Shown: piece after piece, positions 25,326-32,000 of the stretch
Position numbering within the stretch: position 1 is the stretch's first letter
How the letters are laid out: each line of letters begins with the position of its first letter
Origin: Edaphobacter aggregans
GTDB taxonomy: Bacteria; Acidobacteriota; Terriglobia; Terriglobales; Acidobacteriaceae
Reading direction: 5' to 3'
DNA length: 32,000 bases
Assembly (NCBI RefSeq): GCF_003945235.1
Contig: NZ_RSDW01000001.1
Span: forward strand, 4,410,001 to 4,442,000
Translations under genes and position numbers: made by a program
Notes under the pieces: model-generated
The model's input: only the letters and a program-made list of their open reading frames with translations
Database searches by the model: none
What the model was told of the DNA's origin: nothing

Positions 25326-25361
25326 GAGCTGGGCATCGTTTGCGAGAACGATGCCCAGCTC
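25326..25361. terminator. Hairpin between convergent genes (LuxR regulator + / P5C dehydrogenase -), probable bidirectional terminator
   Basis: Perfect 15-bp inverted repeat GAGCTGGGCATCGTT (25326-25340) / AACGATGCCCAGCTC (25347-25361) with loop TGCGAG. The T-tracts are weak (ATTTCCTTA on the plus side). Confidence 0.6.
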
Positions 25362-25367
25362 ATTTCC

Positions 25368-27008
25368 TTACATGCCCATGAGGTCCGATTGTTTTTCTTG
25401 CGCCGGGCTGGCCATGCCGACTTTTTCTGCGATGCTCTTGGCTTGCGTGAAGAGGAGCAGGTAGTCGGGGCCGCCGGCCTTGGAGTCGGTACCGCTCATG
25501 TTGAAGCCTCCGAAGGGATGCGCGCCGACCATGGCTCCCGTGCACTTGCGGTTGAGGTAGAGGTTGCCGACGTGGAACTCCTCACGGGCGCGGTCGAGCT
25601 TCTCGCGAGAGCTGGAGTAGATGGCTCCGGTGAGGCCGTACTCGGTGTTGTTGGCGATGGCGAGCGCTTCGTCGAAGCTGGTGGACTTGATGACTGCGAG
25701 GACGGGGCCGAAGATCTCCTCCTGCGCGATGCGGGCGGTGGGGGCGACGTCGGCGATGACGGTTGGGGCGATGTAGTAGCCGCCATCAGGGGTCTCGATG
25801 GCATGGCCACCGTTGAGAAGACGGCCTTCGCTCTTGCCGATCTCGATGTAGCCCAGGACTTTTTTGTAGGAACGCTCGCTGATGACGGGGCCGGTGTAGA
25901 CGTTCTCCGCAGGATCTCCGGTTTTGATGGTGGCTACGCGCGCCTGCAGACGGTCGCAGAAGATGTCGTAGATGGCCGCATCCACGATGGCGCGGGAGCA
26001 GGCGGAGCACTTCTGTCCATTGAAGCCGAATGCGCTGGCGACGACGCCTTCGATGGCTGCGTCCACGTCGCAGTCGCCGTCGACGATGATGGAGTCCTTG
26101 CCGCCCATCTCGAGGATGGTGCGCTTGATGAAAACCTGTCCGGGCTGCGTCTTTGCGGCGCGCTCGTGGATTTCGAGGCCGACGGCTTTGGAACCGGTGA
26201 AGGCGATGAAGCGGGTTTGCGGATGGGCTACGACTTCGCTGCCGAAGCCGGGACCTTCGCCGACGCAGAGGTTCACGACGCCATCGGGCAGACCGACTTC
26301 TTCGAGGAGGCTCATGAAGCGGGCAGCGATGGTGGGAGCATCGACGGAAGGCTTGAGGATGACGGTGTTGCCACAGACAATCGACGCGGCGGTCATGCCG
26401 GCCATGATTGCGAAGGGGAAGTTCCAGGGCGGAATGACTGCGCCGATGCCGAGGGGAATGTAGCGGAGCTGGTTGCGCTCGCCGGGGAATTGGATGGGCG
26501 TGGTGGCTTGGTCGAGGCGCAGGGCTTCGCGGCCGTAGAACTCGAGGAAGTCGATGGTCTCGCCTACGTCGGCGTCGGCCTCGGCCCAATTTTTGCCGAC
26601 CTCAAGGGTGAGCCACGCGCAGAACTCGAACTTGCGTTCGCGGATCAGGTCGGCGGCGCGGAAGAGAAGGGCTGCTCGCTCGGCGAGGGGGGTGCGGCTC
26701 CAAGTGGCGAATGCAGCTTGGGCGGCTTGGATGGCTTCTTCGGCGTGCTCCGCCTCGGCGCGCTGGTGGATGCCGATCACCTGAGAGGGGCGGGCGGGAT
26801 TTGTGGAGACGATTTTCTCTTTGGTCTTGAGGCGGCGGCCGCCGATGATCAGGTCGTACTCGTGGTTGAGGTGGCTCTCCACATCCAACAGAGCGGCCTG
26901 CATGGCCCGCTTGTTTTCGGGATCTGCGAAGTCGATGAAGGGCTCGTTGGTGAAGGGCGTCTGCGCGGTGCGCACGGGGATGGACGGAGTCAGTTCAAGA
27001 GTAGCCAT
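25368..27008 (-). CDS. pruA: L-glutamate gamma-semialdehyde (1-pyrroline-5-carboxylate) dehydrogenase, 546 aa
   Basis: Aldehyde dehydrogenase superfamily with the catalytic motifs LEMGGKD and FNGQKCSACSR. The N-terminal region (FTNEPFIDFADPENKRAMQAAL...STNPARPSQVIG) is typical of the long PruA/RocA-type P5CDH. Confidence 0.9.
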   Translation of the reverse strand: MATLELTPSIPVRTAQTPFTNEPFIDFADPENKRAMQAALLDVESHLNHEYDLIIGGRRLKTKEKIVSTNPARPSQVIGIHQRAEAEHAEEAIQAAQAAFATWSRTPLAERAALLFRAADLIRERKFEFCAWLTLEVGKNWAEADADVGETIDFLEFYGREALRLDQATTPIQFPGERNQLRYIPLGIGAVIPPWNFPFAIMAGMTAASIVCGNTVILKPSVDAPTIAARFMSLLEEVGLPDGVVNLCVGEGPGFGSEVVAHPQTRFIAFTGSKAVGLEIHERAAKTQPGQVFIKRTILEMGGKDSIIVDGDCDVDAAIEGVVASAFGFNGQKCSACSRAIVDAAIYDIFCDRLQARVATIKTGDPAENVYTGPVISERSYKKVLGYIEIGKSEGRLLNGGHAIETPDGGYYIAPTVIADVAPTARIAQEEIFGPVLAVIKSTSFDEALAIANNTEYGLTGAIYSSSREKLDRAREEFHVGNLYLNRKCTGAMVGAHPFGGFNMSGTDSKAGGPDYLLLFTQAKSIAEKVGMASPAQEKQSDLMGM

Positions 27009-27095
27009 AGCGTGTCGATTCTAGCGCGAGGCATGGGCTCTCGTCGCTTGGGTTTAGATGCAGTGAGCATGGTCCGGCGATTCGCGTCGGTACAA

Positions 27096-30000
27096 CTAGC
27101 TTTGCGTGAGTTGCTCGGTAGCTTTCGACATCTTTGCTGTTCGCTCGAGCTTGTCCCAGTTGAATGGTTTACCGTCGATGGCGCGTTTCACGGTCTTGAA
27201 CAGCACGACAGAGAAAACTTGCCGGTAGGTAAACCGCTGAATCCAGATGTGAACGAGCAGCCATGCGTCGCCCTTGCTGGCTGGGTGCTTTCGTTCTAGC
27301 GCGAAGGCCAGCGCGGATGCGGCGAAGTCGATCAGCAAGAAGGCCAGGAAGAAGGTTAACAACTTGTGGAAACTCTCGACGGAAGCGGCCTCGGGATGGA
27401 AGTGCTTGTCGATGAAGTAGTGCGCCACGCCGGCGACAAACATCAGATCGATGAGCGGCGAGACCAGCGGCAGAAGAATCTGGAAGATAAGGATGTTCGG
27501 CAGGGCAAAGAAGCCCATGGCGCGGTGCTTGCTGAAGGCTCCACGGTGCTTGAAGATCGCTTGCAAGATGCCGAAGGACCAGCGGAAGCGCTGCCGCATC
27601 AGGCCGTCTGCGTTGACGGGCGCCTCAGTAAATGCGAGGGCTTGGTCCTCGTAGATGACGGAGTAGCCCTGCTCCAGAAGGTTCATGGTCAAGTCGGCGT
27701 CCTCGGCGACGGTGTCGGGGTGGTAGCCTGCACCGACTTTAACGGCTGAGGTACGCCACGCACCGATTGCGCCGGGTACTACGGTTACGACGTCGAACAG
27801 GTCGAGCGCACGGCGTTCGAAGTTCTGGCTCGTGATGTATTCGAGTGCTTGCCAGCGTGTCCAGAGATTGACTCGGTTGCCTACCTTGGCGTTGCCAGCG
27901 ACTGCGCCGATCTTCGGGTTGGCGAAGTGAGGCACAAGGCGTGCGATCGCATCGTGGGCAATGACGGTATCGGCATCGATGCCTACGTAGATCTCTTCGT
28001 CGAAGCGCTCGAGTGCGTAGTTCAGGGCCTCGGCTTTGCCGGCATTCGGCTTGGTCAGCACGGTCAGGCGGCCGGAGGCGATATCGGTTGGATAGGCATC
28101 GCGAGCGATTTCGTAAGTGTTGTCTTTGGAGCCGTCGTCGATAACGATGATGCGGATGTTCTTGTAGGTGGACATCATCACGGACCGGATGGTGCGGACG
28201 ATGACCTTTTCTTCGTTGTAGGCAGGGATAAGGACGGCGACCCTGGGGGCGTACTCGGGCGTGGCGTAGTTCTTTCTCTTACGCACGCGATCGATGACGG
28301 CGCAGACGCCGATGATGATCAATCGGGCGCTCATCAGGATGTCGCCGACGAAGAAGACTCCGACGACGAAGTTATTGAAGAAGCCGAAGAGGAAGAAGGC
28401 GATGGAATCTGCCCGGGCCTGCCAGCGTTGCTGTGGTGTGAGCGGCGGCATGACTTCGGCGCGGGTCTTGCCCATCAACTGGGATACGGGGACGATTTCG
28501 TAGCCATGCGCGCGCAAAGCCCTAATCAGTTCGGGGAGAGCGGCAATTGTGGCAGAGCGGTCGCCGCCGCCGTCGTGCAACAGGATGATGGAGCCGCGGG
28601 TCCAGGGACGCTTGTCCATGTCGGCGATCTGCGCGAAGACGCTGTCGGTGATCTCTTTAGGCGACTTCCGTGGATTTTCATCCCAGTCGTTGGTGTCGAT
28701 CTTGTTGCCGATGGTGATGTAGCCGAGGCCCTGGATGCGATCGACGGGAGCTGCCTGATCGTTTGTATCGGGCTCTTGATCGATTGAATAGGGCGGCCGG
28801 AAGTAGAGCGGCTGCACGCCTAATTTCGAAGCGAAAAGGCGCTCTGTGAGATTCAGCTGCAGGTCTGCCTGAGCGTTAGAGATGTCGCTGATGTCCGGAT
28901 GGGTGAAGGTGTGGTTCCCGATCTCATGGCCTTCACGATAGACCCGTTGCATAACGCCGACATACTTCTCGGCTTCTTCGCCGATCATGAAGAAGGTGCC
29001 CTTGACGTTGTACTTCTTCAGGATGTCGAGGATGCGCGGTGTCCAGTCCGGATCGGGACCGTCGTCGAAGCTCAGCGCGACCTGCTTCGGGTGGTAGCCG
29101 TACTGCGTGACGGTGTACGAGAGTGGGTAGGAGTCCATCCACTCTTCCGTGATAGTGCGGTACTCTGCGGGCGCCGCGCCGTCGTCATCCATGGTTACGG
29201 TGCGCTGGCCGGCCTGAGGTTTACGCGTGATCCGGAGGATGTCACCCTCGCCCTCCGTATCGACGTCGTATCCCGGCTCTACTGTAGCGAGTGCTTTCAC
29301 AGGGTCTGAATGAAGAGGCGAGTCCCAGATGTTCCAGAGGGAGTTGTCTTCCGATCCCAGGCGCCAGAGAGCGTAGGTTTGGATGCCAAGAGCGCGTGCC
29401 GCTCTCATTTGATTGAGTACGGTTACTGCGTCAAGGAACCACACCTGGTGACGCACGTGGGCATCTTCATCGTCGTACGCGAAGTGGGCATTGAGGGAGT
29501 CGTCGTCAAGGTCAACCTTTGAGTCGGAGTCATACGCAGCCTGCCAGGCCTCCTGGGTCGACATGTTCTGCGTGTTGAGCACCTTTTCAGGAGGAGACTT
29601 GTGCCCCTTCTTCACAGAGGGTGGGATCGCAAGTGTCCAGTCGTAACCGTAGCTGCCGATGGAGCAGATGATCTTCTCTTTCGGGACCGTCTTCAGAACG
29701 TTCTTTAGATTGTCGATGAACCAGGCTTGTGAGGCGATGGGGCCGGGGCCGCTATCGGTCTGGTGCTCGTCGTAGTTCATCAGCAGCAGGCCGTCGGAGT
29801 GGGCTGCCATATACGCAAGGTCCCAGTCGTCATCGCCTACGGGCGTGTTGATGTAGAGGCGCAGATTGCGGGGGTGAAAGTCGTTATAGAGCGCTGCGAT
29901 CAGGGCTTTGTAGCCGGGCTGGGCAGCGGTTGGAATCTCCTCGAAGTCGAGAGACAGGCCGCGATAGGTTGGGTTTGCGGCGAGGAATGTGTCGATCTGC

Positions 30001-30623
30001 TTTACGAAGTTCGCTCGTGCGGAGTCGCTTTTGAGGAAGTCTCCGACCGAGGGCATGAAGACACTTTTGACCGGATCGTAATTGTTGACGAGGGGGAAGA
30101 CTTCGGTGTTGCTCTGGTTGAGGGCGATGGTGCGCGCAACCTTGTTTTCGATGTCGACGGGATGGGAGCCGGAGGAGTCGACGACTGGGTAGGATCGGTT
30201 GTCGATGGTGTAGGAGGTCAGGGAGCCGTCGGGTGTGACGACGTGCAGCCACTCAGGGAAGAGGAGGTCGATCTGCTTGATGTGCTGCTTGAGTGAGGAG
30301 TAACTGGCGGCATCCCACTCGACGTAGTAGGCGGCGCGGAGGCCTTCACCGGAGTTCAGGGGGACGTCGGAGGGCTTGAGGTCGGTCTTGCGGTGGGCCG
30401 AACGGTGAAGCTTCTGACCGGCTTTGAGCAGCACCGGAGTGGTCAGCGTGCGATAGTTCCTCTTCTGCTTGTCGAGCGTCAACTCTGGCAGCGGCTTCAT
30501 GCGCATCAAGCCAACGATGAAGATGGTTCCTAGAATAAGGCCGAGGAGCACGAGAACGTTCTGCATCAGACGCAGCCGTTTCCAGCGCTTGCGTTGGGGA
30601 TCGAAGAAGACTTGTTTGGTCAT
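27096..30623 (-). CDS. Triple-domain membrane protein (1175 aa): extracytoplasmic GH18-like domain, CE4 (NodB) polysaccharide deacetylase, and a processive family-2 glycosyltransferase (PgaC/IcaA/chitin-synthase-like)
   Basis: N-terminal TM (VLVLLGLILGTIFIVGLM). GH18-like barrel (AAYYVEWDAASY, IDLLFPEWLHV, GLSLDFEEI, LLLMNYDEH). CE4 motifs FDDGP, HTFTHPD, RPPY, LLHDGGG. A second TM block follows. GT2 motifs LIPAYNEE, VIDDGSKDNT, DADT, GAIGAWR, AEDADLT, QRFRW. C-terminal TM helices. Confidence 0.85.
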   Translation of the reverse strand: MTKQVFFDPQRKRWKRLRLMQNVLVLLGLILGTIFIVGLMRMKPLPELTLDKQKRNYRTLTTPVLLKAGQKLHRSAHRKTDLKPSDVPLNSGEGLRAAYYVEWDAASYSSLKQHIKQIDLLFPEWLHVVTPDGSLTSYTIDNRSYPVVDSSGSHPVDIENKVARTIALNQSNTEVFPLVNNYDPVKSVFMPSVGDFLKSDSARANFVKQIDTFLAANPTYRGLSLDFEEIPTAAQPGYKALIAALYNDFHPRNLRLYINTPVGDDDWDLAYMAAHSDGLLLMNYDEHQTDSGPGPIASQAWFIDNLKNVLKTVPKEKIICSIGSYGYDWTLAIPPSVKKGHKSPPEKVLNTQNMSTQEAWQAAYDSDSKVDLDDDSLNAHFAYDDEDAHVRHQVWFLDAVTVLNQMRAARALGIQTYALWRLGSEDNSLWNIWDSPLHSDPVKALATVEPGYDVDTEGEGDILRITRKPQAGQRTVTMDDDGAAPAEYRTITEEWMDSYPLSYTVTQYGYHPKQVALSFDDGPDPDWTPRILDILKKYNVKGTFFMIGEEAEKYVGVMQRVYREGHEIGNHTFTHPDISDISNAQADLQLNLTERLFASKLGVQPLYFRPPYSIDQEPDTNDQAAPVDRIQGLGYITIGNKIDTNDWDENPRKSPKEITDSVFAQIADMDKRPWTRGSIILLHDGGGDRSATIAALPELIRALRAHGYEIVPVSQLMGKTRAEVMPPLTPQQRWQARADSIAFFLFGFFNNFVVGVFFVGDILMSARLIIIGVCAVIDRVRKRKNYATPEYAPRVAVLIPAYNEEKVIVRTIRSVMMSTYKNIRIIVIDDGSKDNTYEIARDAYPTDIASGRLTVLTKPNAGKAEALNYALERFDEEIYVGIDADTVIAHDAIARLVPHFANPKIGAVAGNAKVGNRVNLWTRWQALEYITSQNFERRALDLFDVVTVVPGAIGAWRTSAVKVGAGYHPDTVAEDADLTMNLLEQGYSVIYEDQALAFTEAPVNADGLMRQRFRWSFGILQAIFKHRGAFSKHRAMGFFALPNILIFQILLPLVSPLIDLMFVAGVAHYFIDKHFHPEAASVESFHKLLTFFLAFLLIDFAASALAFALERKHPASKGDAWLLVHIWIQRFTYRQVFSVVLFKTVKRAIDGKPFNWDKLERTAKMSKATEQLTQS

Positions 30624-30774
30624 TAGGGAAGGAGCCAGTCGCCGCGCGCAGACACTACTTTAAGTATAATATCGGCCCTCCCCATGGTCAAAGCAGTGGA
30701 GGGCATCCATTCTGTTGGACGTGGCGATTCGTTGATTGGCACAGTAATCATCCGCAGTATGATGATCCACATAC

Positions 30775-32000
30775 ATGTCCCGAAGACGACTGCAGATGGG
30801 AGTGTCCGTGACGGCGGCACTGGCGCTTGGGTTTGGCCTGCGTCTGTGGTTCATTGTGCACACGGCGCGAATTGCTGGAGATTCATTGATTTACGGTGAT
30901 ATTGCGAAGACGTGGATGCAGACGGGGGTGTATGGGTTCGGGGAGGCAGGTGGGGGGGCTTTACCTACACTGATCCGGCTGCCGGGGTATCCGATGTTCC
31001 TGGTGGTTTGCTTCCGGCTGTTCGGGGTGGAGCACTATACCGCGGTGATGTATGCCCAGGGCGTCGCGGACCTGGTGACTTGCCTGCTTGTGGGGGCGTT
31101 GGCTGGGAGGCTATTTGGCCGTCGGGCGGGGTTGGCGGCGCTCTGGCTGGCGGTGTTGTGTCCGTTTACGGCTAGCTATGTGGCTTATCCGCTGGCTGAG
31201 ACGCTGACCCTGACCTGCGTGGCGCTGGCGTTCTATGGGCTGGAACGGTGGCGTGCGGCGGGGCTGGGCTTCAACCGGTGGCTTTGGGTGGTGGTGGCGG
31301 CGTTGGCTTACTCGGTGCTGCTAAGGCCGGAGCAGGGACTGCTTGCTGCGGCGGTTGTTCCGGCGATGCTTTGGCTGGTACTGCGGTCGCCTGCTCGGCG
31401 CGAGGGGGTGACTCGGGCGGCTGCTCCGGTGCTCGTGGCTGCGGCTTGTGTGGTGCTTCCGTTGCTGCCGTGGGCGGTGCGGAACTGGCGGGCGTTTCAT
31501 GTGGTGCAGCCGTTGGCTCCGCGGTATGCGACTGATCCGGGCGAGCTGGTTCCACTGGGCTTTCAGCACTGGTTCAAGACGTGGGGGATCGAGTTTGCCT
31601 CGACCGAGGATGTGTACTGGAATTACGACGGTGCTGCGGTCGATCTGAACGACATTCCGACGAGGGCGTTTGATACCGACAATCAGTATGCGCGAACGGC
31701 GGCGCTGATTGAGGAGTACGACCGGACGGCCAGGGCAAACCAGGCTTTCGATGATCGGTTTGAGGAACTGGCGCAGGAGCGGGTTAAAAATGATCCGTTG
31801 CGTTACTACGTTGCGCTGCCGGTGGCCCGGGTGATGGATATGATCCTTCGACCGCGGGTGGAGATGTTCGAGATTGAGCTGGAGTGGTGGCGGTGGCGGG
31901 ATCATCCGAAACAGACGATCTTTGCGGGTACTTATGCTGTGCTCAACCTTGGTTATTTTGTGTTGGCCGGCGTTGGGCTTTGGCGGTGGCGTCGGCGAGG
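30775..32000 (+). CDS. Polytopic membrane protein, probably a GT-C-fold glycosyltransferase (ArnT/PMT, GT39-like). The 3' end lies beyond the window end.
   Basis: Not in the ORF track because it has no stop inside the window. My own translation from ATG 30775 (in-frame TGA at 30763-30765 upstream) gives 408 open codons. The sequence reads MSRRRLQMGVSVTAALALGFGLRLWFIVHTARIAGDSLIYGDIAKTWMQTGVYGF...LPGYPMFLVVCF...LAETLTLTCVALAFYGLERW. It has multiple hydrophobic helices and a first-loop acidic motif, as in ArnT/PMT-like enzymes. The family call is tentative. Confidence 0.5.
   Translation, partial: MSRRRLQMGVSVTAALALGFGLRLWFIVHTARIAGDSLIYGDIAKTWMQTGVYGFGEAGGGALPTLIRLPGYPMFLVVCFRLFGVEHYTAVMYAQGVADLVTCLLVGALAGRLFGRRAGLAALWLAVLCPFTASYVAYPLAETLTLTCVALAFYGLERWRAAGLGFNRWLWVVVAALAYSVLLRPEQGLLAAAVVPAMLWLVLRSPARREGVTRAAAPVLVAAACVVLPLLPWAVRNWRAFHVVQPLAPRYATDPGELVPLGFQHWFKTWGIEFASTEDVYWNYDGAAVDLNDIPTRAFDTDNQYARTAALIEEYDRTARANQAFDDRFEELAQERVKNDPLRYYVALPVARVMDMILRPRVEMFEIELEWWRWRDHPKQTIFAGTYAVLNLGYFVLAGVGLWRWRRR

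Noticed and set aside
25116-27299. 727-aa plus-strand ORF, the longest + ORF in this region
   Set aside because: It is antisense to the P5C dehydrogenase gene, whose minus-strand frame carries clear ALDH catalytic motifs. The plus-frame product is G/A/D/V/E/R-rich low complexity with no recognisable motif. This is a typical shadow ORF of high-GC DNA.
27849-30296. Plus-strand ORFs 27849-28787, 28899-29309 and 29763-30296
   Set aside because: They are antisense to the 1175-aa GH18-like/CE4/GT2 gene and have no motifs of their own.
1-32000. Search by eye for rRNA, tRNA, CRISPR arrays, IS elements or long tandem repeats in all intergenic regions (5926-6051, 7147-7225, 9878-10280, 12030-12202, 18197-18403, 20621-20829, 24424-24648, 30624-30774)
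   Set aside because: I saw no tRNA-like T-arm/cloverleaf signatures, no regularly spaced repeats and no terminal inverted repeats. tRNAscan-SE, Infernal/Rfam and a CRISPR finder would be needed to exclude small RNAs rigorously.

Overview
This is a high-GC bacterial chromosomal segment. Its gene content (two CRTAC1/ASPIC-UnbV FG-GAP proteins, a multihaem-cytochrome-TPR protein, GH43 and GH3 glycosidases, a Reg_prop propeller sensor) looks like a soil Acidobacteriota (Terriglobia-type) genome; that taxonomic guess is inference only. I can support 21 protein-coding genes. Two of them run off the window edges and are absent from the supplied ORF track; I found them by translating the sequence myself (1..1372 minus; 30775..32000 plus). 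I recognised no rRNA, tRNA, CRISPR array, transposase or integrase. Many long ORFs in the track are antisense 'shadow' frames typical of high-GC DNA and are rejected. The layout is as follows. (i) 1-5925, minus strand: an operon of CRTAC1, five-haem cytochrome-TPR, monohaem cytochrome c and a periplasmic propeller sensor. (ii) 6052-9877, minus strand: an arabinan/arabinose locus (ribulokinase, GH43 arabinanase, LacI regulator). (iii) About 9.9-18.4 kb: a visibly lower-GC segment with a second CRTAC1 paralog and a tight four-gene plus-strand operon. That operon encodes a TIR protein with two extra TIR-like modules, an nSTAND-type P-loop NTPase with a predicted membrane helix and a C-terminal TPR array, an outer-membrane beta-barrel protein, and a DUF4231/SLATT 2TM protein. 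This is the best candidate for an undescribed conflict/defence system. (iv) A GH3 beta-glucosidase. (v) A signalling cluster: a CAP-like-domain histidine kinase, a receiver fused to a thioredoxin-reductase-like flavoprotein lacking the CxxC, a VOC protein, and a divergent LuxR regulator with an Asp-less receiver. (vi) P5C dehydrogenase. (vii) A 1175-aa GH18-like / CE4 deacetylase / processive GT2 fusion, divergent from a GT-C-type membrane glycosyltransferase. All family assignments come from motif recognition by eye. No database search was run.
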